In this document: piece by piece, positions 54,536-64,000 of the stretch
How positions within the stretch are numbered: the first letter of the stretch is position 1
Layout: every line of letters begins with the position of its first letter
Assembly (NCBI GenBank): GCA_038496445.1
Contig: JALMLS010000215.1
Span: 1-64,000 of the forward strand
Origin: Trichosphaerium sp. ATCC 40318
Lineage: Eukaryota > Protista > Tubulinea
DNA length: 64,000 nt
Direction of reading: 5' to 3'
Position numbers and translations under genes: made by a program
Notes under the pieces: model-generated
Databases searched by the model: none
The model's input: the letters and a program-made list of their open reading frames with translations, nothing else
Told to the model about the DNA's origin: nothing

Positions 54536-55907
54536 ATGCACCACGACCCAGAAACCCCTCGTAAGTACTCTTTTTTGTAAACAACGCATTTCCAATACGT
54601 CTTCACGTGTTTCCTATATTTTTAGTATTAACTCAATATCAATAAAATCGACCTTTAAATCACGTGCTACATACACTGAAGTGATTGAAGCGTAGATAAT
54701 CTATGTAAACTTGTTTATCTTCAACATTGTCGCTTTTCTTGTTAAAACGACTTTTTTTCTCATCCTCTCTTCCCTTTAGACGTAAATACAGGACGAAGGA
54801 GGAAGAAACGCTCTAATAGCTATCTGAATATACTTGGTTCTTCTCTTTGCGTGCGTTCTATCAAATAAGAGTAATTCTTCCAAAAAAAAAAACCGTTTCG
54901 AATGTTGTCGCGTGTCCTATTTCTTGATCACGTGATTTTGATTTTCCAAAACCATTGCAATCTTTAAAAGAGCGTGATGGCTCTTAAAACACATGTTGAC
55001 ATGCGTGGGACAACGTTATGAGTAAATCGCTAAAAGTGTTGACAAGTTTATTTCTCATATTTATTCGCAACTTCAGGTGTTGGGCGTTATCATTTTTGTG
55101 TTTGCAGCGAGGCAAAGATACAAGACTAAAATATGTTGGATACTTCAAGATGAAGACATAAGACTGTGTGGTGACGTAAAATCTACGGACACTCAGGCTT
55201 TTCTTTCTCATCTTGGTGCTATGTTATGTACGTCATAGGATTTTTTTATTTTTTTATTTTTCTACGCAAGAGTTTTGTCTTATGTAGTTTTGATGTTGTA
55301 GGTGTATCTCTTGGTGTGGTGACATTATTTTTGATCGCATTTAAGCTGTATTCGATACAACTTATTACCTCAGTACGTCAGAGAACTTATTTCTTTATGT
55401 TTTTTGTATTCAAAGTTGTTTTTCCAACTTTTCGTGTGAATCAAATTTGAGGGTTCTGCTCTTCACTTTTAGACAATACAGCAATTTCTTGCTGTAACAC
55501 ATATAAAAATGACAGAAAAAACTTACAATTTCAAATTTTGTGTTTATTATAAAGCTGCACTTAGGTCTTAAGAAGAATTTGAAAGACTTATTTTTTTTTC
55601 TATCTGTTTTCACTTTTTTAGTCTTTGGTTGTATGACACTTATGCTATTTAGTGGTTTGTTTTGGTGTTCATAACATTATTCTTTGTATTTGGGTCAGCC
55701 TGTATACAAGTATACAGGAGGGGTTTAGTCTTCGATTATCGTTCAAAACAGGATTACATGCGTTTTGGTTTGACCTTTGATGCAAAAGGAGAATTTGTTT
55801 CAGCTCTATTTGTACTTATTATTACTATTCTCATCATACCTCGTTTATTAAAGAGAACTGTACATAAACAAATATCAAAAGTTATTAAAAATAAAGCTAA
55901 CGATTAG
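54536..55907 (+). CDS. Putative multi-pass membrane protein (model uncertain)
   Basis: Hydrophobic exon-like blocks bounded by GT-AG; last exon ends at 55907. Confidence 0.4.
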
Positions 55908-55998
55908 ACAAGTTGGACTTTACTGAGGTGTCTGCATAAGAAGTATTACAATACAATGTCTACATATTGAAGGGCAACTTTATTAGTAAGCACTAAAG

Positions 55999-57042
55999 TT
56001 ACATATTCTCTTCAGGTACATTTATATGCACTGTAATTTGATGGTTCACTCTTTTAGTTAACTCTTTTACTCCTTCCTCTGTCACTTTAGTACCATACAG
56101 ATAAAGTAGATGAGCACCAACTAACGCTTTGACTCCATCATCAGTAACATTAGTAAATGAAAGACCAAGTGTATGTACTTTAGCCAATGCTCTTATACCA
56201 TCATCTGTAATGCTCTTACAATCACTAAGGTCTACTGAATGAACACCAGATAGAGCTTTAACGGCTTCATCAGTCACCCCAAGGAATGCAAGCTTGATTG
56301 TATGAACACCAACAAGCGCCATTACACCAGAGTTTGTAACAGAAGTACAAGTAAGATCAATTGTGTGAACACCAGCCAACGGCTTAACACCTTTGTCTGT
56401 CACTTGTTTACAATGGGTTAAATAGATTTCATGTGCACCAGCTAATGCCTTTAGTCCTTCATCTGTAAACTTATCACAACCACCAAGTCTGATTGTATGC
56501 ACACCAGATAATGCCTTTAATCCTTCATCATGTACATGTGTGTAAGATAGATTGATTGTGTGAACACCAGCTAATGATTTAATTCCATCGTCAGTGATTG
56601 TTCTACAGAGTGCCAAGTTTAATTCGGGTACACCAGAAAAGTGTTTAATGTGAGAGTCTGTCACGTGAATTTGGCAGAAATGTAGGTCTATGCTATTGAC
56701 TACTTTAAAGCTCTCAAAGTTGAGGTTCGTTACGTCGTTGCGTATTTGAATGTCGTAGACGCCCTGTAAATACTTTAAGTGGACTTGCTTCAGTGTGAAT
56801 AGTATAATAAGCCTGTTTGTTTTGATAAGATATGGTGCTGTCGAAAACAGTTTCTTGAGCCTTTTGATCGATGTTAAGGTTATATCTCGAACGTTATTGT
56901 ATTGTAAGTGCTGTACAGCCACGTTTGCGAGTATTTTTGCTGTATGAACTACAGAGTGCATATCTACAGCCGAAACAAACCGCAGAATGTAAACAAGTAC
57001 TTCGACAGGTATCTCATAAAAGAATGCGCTTTGGTGGTCCAT
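55999..57042 (-). CDS. Intronless F-box + GVHxIxL LRR protein (intact)
   Basis: FYEIPVEVLVYILRFV, then about 10 TDxGxKxLxGVHTIxL repeats. Confidence 0.9.
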   Translation of the reverse strand: MDHQSAFFYEIPVEVLVYILRFVSAVDMHSVVHTAKILANVAVQHLQYNNVRDITLTSIKRLKKLFSTAPYLIKTNRLIILFTLKQVHLKYLQGVYDIQIRNDVTNLNFESFKVVNSIDLHFCQIHVTDSHIKHFSGVPELNLALCRTITDDGIKSLAGVHTINLSYTHVHDEGLKALSGVHTIRLGGCDKFTDEGLKALAGAHEIYLTHCKQVTDKGVKPLAGVHTIDLTCTSVTNSGVMALVGVHTIKLAFLGVTDEAVKALSGVHSVDLSDCKSITDDGIRALAKVHTLGLSFTNVTDDGVKALVGAHLLYLYGTKVTEEGVKELTKRVNHQITVHINVPEENM

Positions 57043-57299
57043 GTCGATGGGTTAGACGGATTGAGAAAGTCAAAGTCAACGACAATCTCATTCAACGAAA
57101 AACTTGTCAGTCGTTTTAGTGCTTTTGTTGCAGTGTCGGTTATAGGTATAACAAGACAGTCTATTTATTATAAATTGCGTATCACCTAGGATGCCTTTCA
57201 ATATGCAAAGAAGTTCTGGGGTGGCGGAATGGACGAGGTATTTATAGTGCTTTCAAATGGCACAAAATAAAAAACAGTATTTTATGAGAACTGGTTCTG

Positions 57300-58260
57300 A
57301 AGTTTTATTGATAAAATCAGCGTGGATTACAGTGATCCTTAATCCAACCAACTTCCTAAAGTAATTGTAAGTATCACATTCGCTGTAGAGTATTGAGTAA
57401 AATCATACGTATAGTTCCTTGTCTTGAGGGCATTCGTCAAATTCGAAAAAGTCCCATGTCTCAGTATGCCCTTCAAAACAGTTAACAAGCGAGCCTCTCT
57501 CAAAAGTACCAACCTTTTCCATCGTCAATTTCAATGCGCTTTGGTGATCTATCATCCTGACGATCAAAGTACTGAAGAGTTACACCATTACTTGTGTCTT
57601 CTTCTACAACAACATGTTAATGGCATTACTACCCTCTTTCAAACGAATGTAGAACGTACCATACCAAATGTAAACGAAGTGGCCATCAACGAATGCCTAA
57701 ACATCTCTTTAATGACACTTGTAAAGCAACAGAACAGTGAGTAAAGCTAGACGTACTTCACCCTTGTACTCAATTTTCTCAAAAGTAGGGAAAGGCATTG
57801 TTGTGTTGATAGATCTAACGAAACAAACCAAGAGTTCAAGACGGACATAGACATCATATTCCTTTCCTTCAACGTGATTATAAATACTATAATGTTTAGT
57901 AAGACTACGTTTCCTAGACACCTCTCTAGACTCACCGTTTACCAATGTATTCCTATAGAAGCGTTAACACAGTTGGTATTTAATATGTGATTGTAAACTT
58001 ACTTCGTCTTTAAACTTAAGTAGCCCGTCTCTGCGTGACAAACCTTTCTGGCGATCATAGAATATCCTACAATACAATGCTTAGAGTCACGTTTTTTGAA
58101 ACGCCACGAACCTGGCAAACTCATCGCTTCCTTCAGACTTTCTAATGAACATGCTAGTAATAACAGTGAGTCTAACCCTTTGGCACACGTGTGAATACAC
58201 TTACGTAGCTGAGAATGCTTCAGGCCATTTAGGCTTTGGTGGAGCACATAGTACAAGTGT
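57300..58260 (-). CDS. Unknown spliced protein, possibly ependymin-related fold
   Basis: Exons FEKIEYKGE|AFVDGHFVYIW, YFDRQDDRSPKRIEI and TWDFFEFDECPQDKELY; family assignment is tentative. Confidence 0.3.
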
Positions 58261-58662
58261 AACGAATAGTAAGAGAATTGCTGCGTACTTCATGTTGGTA
58301 AATACTGTAAAATAATTATAATTGGATCACAACTAAGAAACATAATCAGAGAATCGCAAAGAAATACGAAAAGACTGTCACGTGATTTTTTGCGAGTTTT
58401 CTACTATGTCTGTGTAGCACCATCTTCAGTTTTGTAACTTTTCAAACCACGTGGTATGAGTCCGTATCAATAAAAATAAACCTACGCCACTATGAATGAT
58501 AGTCAGTGAAACCCAAGTATTTAGGATTAAGCCACGTGCTTGTAGAGTGGTCAACTCTTTTCCGTAGATAAGACAAGTTTGTTTTACCAACAAGTGCTTA
58601 CAAATAAATCCAAGTTTTGACAATGTGAACATAGCGCCTTATTGTTACGGTGTGTACTAAAA

Positions 58663-58856
58663 TGTCGAAAAAAAAGTCGAAAAAATGTCAAAGTGATATT
58701 GAACTGTTCGCCACAAAGGGAGACAACTGGGTTATGGCGCTCAGTCGCCGCTAGGCTCTGCCCCCCCAAACCCCCCCTGAAAGGGGGGGCTTTCTAAATA
58801 GTTCCTATGGCATAATATAGGATAGTTAGTGCCGAATTTTCGACTTTTTTTTGACA
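58663..58856. mobile_element. MITE-like element with a GC-rich internal hairpin
   Basis: tgtcgaaaaaaaagtcgaaaa versus ttttcgacttttttttgaca; internal cccccc-tgaaa-ggggggg. Confidence 0.5.
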
Positions 58857-58989
58857 AAGTTCTACATATTTGGGTTTCCCATCGTTACAGAATCTTCATA
58901 AATCGTATTAGATCTTACAACATAATATACTTCGCTGCAGGTTCTTTGCCTATTGTTTCGGTAATGTATAATCACCATCAATGCTTCAA

Positions 58990-59205
58990 TGCTGTCAAGT
59001 GGCCTTATGCAGGAACCATTGTTTCATACATGAATTCAACCTTTTGCGCTAGTTCATTACATTTGATCCATTCGTTGACACCTCATCTGTTGTGAAGTCA
59101 CATTGCTTCAAGACATAGTGCTCTACTGCCAACTTTCAAGCAATTTGTAGCCCAGTTTCAGATAAGTCAAGTTTATGTACACGTGCTAAGGCTTTTACGA
59201 ACTTG
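58990..59205 (-). pseudogene. Decayed GVHxIxL-LRR family fragment
   Basis: VKALARVHKLDLSET and LKQCDFTTDE(G)V, with frameshifts. Confidence 0.5.
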
Positions 59206-59507
59206 CATTTGCGCCCAGTTTTCGGCTTTTAGCCTTGCTCACAACGCCTGAAACGTTTAAAAATAGTCACTAGGCTCTCCTACGTATACAAAGGCCATAC
59301 AGAGGCGGACACGTGCAAGTAGATGCAGACATGCAAAATTCGGAACAGTAGAAAACGAGCGATTTTTTTGCATCAAGTTCACAACTGTGCCAATCAATTT
59401 CAACTTGTTAGATATTTCATTGAGTGGTCACGTGATATTTATTGGCGTGATAGTAGCAAGGGCAGTAAACGAATTATCATACAAAATAGTACAATCTTTG
59501 ATGTTTT

Positions 59508-60110
59508 TTATTTATTTTTTTTGTTGTTATTTGACATCTTGTTCTTATCAGAAGAAGCTCCAGACCCTTCTTTTGCCTTTTTCTCCTTATGTTGTTTACG
59601 TAGCTGTGCGCGTTTAACTTTCACCATCATTTGAGCTGTATGAAGCAACAAGTTGACCATGACACCCATTGACACTAATAGAACGGGTACAGAGTATAAT
59701 ACAGAAATAAAAAAGCCATTCTTGTCGAAATAGTTTGTACGTGAGAATGATTGCCAGTTATCAAATGCCCAATCGTTTGCCCATTCAGCCATGTATATTG
59801 TGCCCAAGGAAGAGAATAGCCAAAATATCTGAAAGTTAAGGTTCTTACGCGTTAAAAGTACCAGTATAACGTTAAAAAGGTGAAATATAAGCAATCCAAT
59901 GATCCATTGTTCGCTCCAATCAACTGAATAGTAAAATCTTGCTACTTCTTCAAAAAAACCTGCCTCTGGTATTACCTTACGCGCAGGGATAAGTTTTAAA
60001 TAGTTAAAACCTTGTTTAATTCTAAAACTGAATAAACGTACTTTAACAGACTCTCCAGTAGCTAAAGCCTCATCAATAGCTCCTTTAAGGCCATCTAAAA
60101 TCTTATCCAT
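59508..60110 (-). CDS. TMEM18: Transmembrane protein 18 homologue
   Basis: VDWSEQWIIGLLIFH, YMAEWANDWAFDNWQSFSRTNYFDKNGFFIS and MVKVKRAQLR; one probable short in-frame intron near 60040. Confidence 0.9.
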   Translation of the reverse strand: MDKILDGLKGAIDEALATGESVKVRLFSFRIKQGFNYLKLIPARKVIPEAGFFEEVARFYYSVDWSEQWIIGLLIFHLFNVILVLLTRKNLNFQIFWLFSSLGTIYMAEWANDWAFDNWQSFSRTNYFDKNGFFISVLYSVPVLLVSMGVMVNLLLHTAQMMVKVKRAQLRKQHKEKKAKEGSGASSDKNKMSNNNKKNK

Positions 60111-60220
60111 GACGTCTACGTTGACACGATGGAATTACGTCGCTTTTTTCTGAAAAAGTCAAAACGCTTTACTTAACTTTGTAGCTTTGTAGCTGAAGCA
60201 AAATCAAACTTTTTAGTGTA

Positions 60221-61632
60221 ATGAGTAGACCACGGCATAGTACATCTGGTATACCAGTGGTTACGGGGAAAATAGCAGATTACACTTTTCGAGGCTCTGC
60301 CATACAAACATATCGCGCGTTTAGGTTAATATGGGCAGGTACAGTCGCATACGCCGTTTTGGTTTAAACCAAGTGACACCAATTCAATTATTTTAGATAA
60401 ATCGTACCGAGGGTGGTTATTTAGAGCGTGTGTAATCATACCGGTGGTTTATACTTGTTTCCCTATTCAAACGTTTCTGAATTACATTGGACGCAACGTA
60501 CGCATCTAAAACACAAATCTATGGCGTTTGTGAGCATATAAATGAGTTTTAACACTTAATAGGCATCTGTGTACCTAAGCTACAAAGCAGACGACGCAGA
60601 AGGCAATGAAGTATCCCTTAGGGAGTACATGGTAAGATTAGAACAATACGCGAAGTTTTATTCTTAAATACGCTTGAAATGCTTTTAAAACGCTCAAAGT
60701 CACTCACAAACGCTTTAGAATAAAGTAACGATGGTAGTGAACGTTGCTTCAGAGTGTGGATCAACTCACAGTACGTATCCGTTAAAAACAGAATAACTTT
60801 TTTCCAATGAAGTGAATTCATAAAAAAATCAAAAGTTCTTGCGTTGGAACTAACTGTATCTCAAGTGAATTATACTGGACTAGAAGCTGTTTATAGGAAA
60901 TATAGAGATTATGGTTTCGAGATTCTAGCTTTTCCATGTAACCAGGCACGTGATATTTTTTTAACGTTTCTCGTTTTGTTCTTTTTTTTTTTGTATTTTT
61001 TTTTGCTTTGTCCACAGAGGTTTCAGTTACTTGATGTTTTGTAACTCTATAGTAGTTATTTTTTGCTTAACTAATGATTCTTTAGTTTGGTTATCAAGAG
61101 CCTAACTCGAATAAGGCCATAATAGACTTTGCAAGGTCACAATACGGAGTAACTTTTAGAATCTTTGGAAAAACTACAGTATGTGGAGCAGAAAGGCTAC
61201 CTCTATACAACAACCTATCTGCTGCGTTCCCTGGCAAAAATTTTAAATTACAACAAAGCATAAAGTGGAATTTTACAAAGGTAAGACGTCAAGGGATGAA
61301 AGGAAAAGACAAAGAAGACATCTATTTGAAACACATTCTTGAGATTTTTTTCCTCTTTTTTTCTTCTTTTTTGCTTTCAGCGTACTGATACTTACTCACC
61401 TTATTATTAGTTTTTGATTAACCATAAAGGATTACCAGTTGCACGATACAATACACATGACGACCCTAGGTCTTTAGAAAAGCATATATACGACCTACTC
61501 GTTGAAAGAAAAGAAAAATTAAAACTTGATTTCCTTGATATTCCATTACCTTGTGATTTCGAAAGATATGAGTATCCTCAATTTGTTGAGCCAAAAGCTG
61601 ATTCTCTTGAATTAGTAGAGCTTTGTATGTAA
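60221..61632 (+). CDS. Glutathione peroxidase family protein, Cys-type
   Basis: VVNVASECG (TGT codon), ILAFPCNQ|FGYQEP and IKWNFTK|FLIN. Confidence 0.9.
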
Positions 61633-62242
61633 ATACAAATCAAAATAAAAAAGAAACAAAAAGAAGAAAGAGATATCCACTCAAAGTATCACCACGATTA
61701 CTTTTTAAGTCTCATACTTAGTATACTGTGTTGAGAGCTTTTCTCTACGCTGTTTTGTTAATGTTGAAAGCAGATGGAAATCACGTGATGTGCTTATCCC
61801 AACCAAGCCTTTTAGAAACGTCTTAGCACAGATACAACCAATCCTGATGTATTCTACTTCATTGCAGGTGAGACCAAAGGTATTTTTAAGTGTACCTTAA
61901 ATACATCATCTTCAACATCTGATGTTGAAGTTTGTTTAATATCTGTGATGATCTTGCAGACAATGTGTTTGCTACTCATTGTGTAGGCAATGATAAAGTA
62001 TCTAAAATTACGCTCATGATATGCAGTGGGCTAGGTTATTTTTGTTCATCATTTATACATTGAAAGTGTATAAAGAGTAGTAGTGCATCGAACCTGAGTG
62101 TGCACACTAAAACGTTAGTCGTGGCTACGCAAAAAACGTCAAGTTCAGCTTATTGCTCTTGATTAGCGATATAAAACTGATTTAAACGCTTTTCATTTGT
62201 TGTAGTGCACTTTTTCCAAAAATGTTTTTTTTCTCTTTCTAA

Positions 62243-62340
62243 CTTATGCAACATCCCAAACAGCCAAAAATGATGCATACATACTACACGGGCATGTTGA
62301 ATACAATACATCATATTTGGCTGTTTGGATGTTGCATAAG
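62243..62340. repeat. Near-perfect ~35-bp inverted repeat (98-nt hairpin)
   Basis: cttatgcaacatcccaaacagccaaaaatgatg pairs with catcatatttggctgtttggatgttgcataag. Confidence 0.85.
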
Positions 62341-62656
62341 ATAGTGAACAAATTGTATTCTAAACGGCGTTGTTTGCAACCTCATATCAGGGATAAGTAG
62401 TACATTACTGTTTAAGCTGATATGGCCTATTCATTTGACAGAAAAATGTGTTGTTGCTCTTAAATAAGGAATTAAAAGTTCCTTTTTTGCTGAAAAGAGC
62501 AAGGTACATATTTCCTATGATAATTGCATATAATGTACTTATTGTGCATCTCTGTTAAGATCTTCCCCTTGAAATACAAACCTTAACCTATCGTATACGG
62601 GCAGTTTCAGGCGAGTAGCTGACTGCTGTGTGACTGACTTGTTTTTTACTTTTTCA

Positions 62657-63752
62657 TCAACTGCTTAGAGAAAAAGTCTCTATATGGTCTGTGCCTACCA
62701 AGGCCCGTATACCTTTGTATGTTATGTTGTTGCAAAAAGACAAGTTGATAGTGTGTACTCCTACCAACGCCTTCAAACCTTCATCTGTAACATTTGTTTG
62801 TTGCATATCTATTTCATGTACTCCAGCTAATGCTTTGATACCCTCATCTGTTATCCTTTTACAAGCACACAAATAAATAGTGTGTACTCCTGCCAACGCC
62901 TTCAAACCTTCATCTGTTATTTCACGGCAAAAACTGATGTTAATAGTGTGTACTCCTGCCAATACCTTCAAACCTTCATCTGTAACATTTGTACCTATCA
63001 AATTTATTTCATGTACTCCGGCTAACACTTTGATACCCTTGTCTGTTATCCTTTTACAATTACAAATAAATAGCATGTACTCCTGCCAACGCCTTCAAAC
63101 CCTCATCTGTAATATTTGTATCTTCCAAATTAATACCATGTACTCCAGCTAATGCTTCGACACCCTTGTCTGTAACATTTGTACATTCCAAATGTATTTC
63201 ATGTACTCCAGCTAACGCCTTCAAACCCTCATCTGTAACTTTTGTATCCTCCAAATTAATATCATGTACGCCATGTAATGCCTTGATGCCCTCATCTGTT
63301 ATTTCACGGCAAAAACTGATATTAATAGTGTGTACTCCTGCCAACGCCTTCAAACCCTCATCTGTAACATTTGTATGTTCCAAATTAATACCACATACTC
63401 CAGCTAATGCTTTGATACCCTCATCTGTTATTAAACGGCAAAAACTGATATTAATAGTGTGTACTCCTGCAATTAAACGCAAGTCACTGTCGGTTGGCTC
63501 AAATCGTCCAAAAGAAATTGGTGTATTTTGCAGTAATGGACTACCAGAAAGCAGCGAAACTTCGTGGTCGCAATTAACAATGATTTCATTGTATCCAACA
63601 TGGTTGTGAACGATATCACGGAGAAAGTGGCAAGTTTGGGCTGAAGGGAGTGTATATGTCCCTTGCTTCAGAATATGAACTATTAATTCAACTGGAAGTG
63701 AAATAAGGTCAAATACGCCTTGATCTCTCTTTTCTGTGTTGGCACTTTTCAT
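62657..63752 (-). pseudogene. F-box + GVHxIxL LRR gene with a 2-nt frameshift at ~63063
   Basis: About 13 repeats; atttatttgtaattgtaaaagg versus sister repeat atttatttgtgtgcttgtaaaagg; 5' half and upstream region homologous to the 38059 copy. Confidence 0.8.
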
Positions 63753-64000
63753 TTGGCTGTAGCTTCGTTGTCAATAAAAATATGCGGCAACTACAGTACT
63801 GTAGTACGGTAAACAAAGAAATACGTTGACAATGCTAGTGGATGACATTTTTTTGACAATATCACGTGATATTTTTTTTTACTAGAAGTTTTCATGGGAA
63901 GTTTTTTGTTTTTGTACAATTTTATCCTTCAAATAGTTCGCTCACCATACACCATATAACCTTAGTTTTTGCACGGCTGTGCGTAGACAAACTATGAGAG

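Noticed and set aside
60730-60770. Selenocysteine glutathione peroxidase
   Set aside because: The active-site codon is TGT (NVASECG), not TGA.

Overview
AT-rich (roughly one-third GC, by eye), gene-dense, very intron-rich eukaryotic nuclear DNA using the standard genetic code. It is most likely a free-living protist; the Zn2Cys6 factor, Roco protein and W-rich repeat protein are consistent with an amoebozoan, but this is inference. The supplied ORF track is mostly exon fragments, so gene models were rebuilt by hand from splice signals and their coordinates are approximate. Content: a Rho-like/Roc-COR fusion, two short importin-beta-like paralogues in inverted orientation, an F-box/SNF2 helicase, two Rab-like GTPases, an Arf, a CBM9-like protein, a Zn2Cys6 factor, tRNA-Lys(UUU), a C-type-lectin membrane protein, an amidase, a CE2-like SGNH esterase, an 8x ~70-aa repeat protein, a BTB protein, TMEM18, a Cys-type glutathione peroxidase, several pseudogenes and several MITE-like elements. 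The strongest candidate for an undescribed system is a rapidly turning-over family of F-box/LRR genes with intronless 21/22-aa GVHxIxL repeats. There are four long copies and three decayed ones, and their repeat cassettes appear shuffled and hypervariable at predicted surface positions. Also notable: roughly 10-fold enrichment of CACGTG in non-coding DNA, a U12-type intron, and frequent GC-AG introns.
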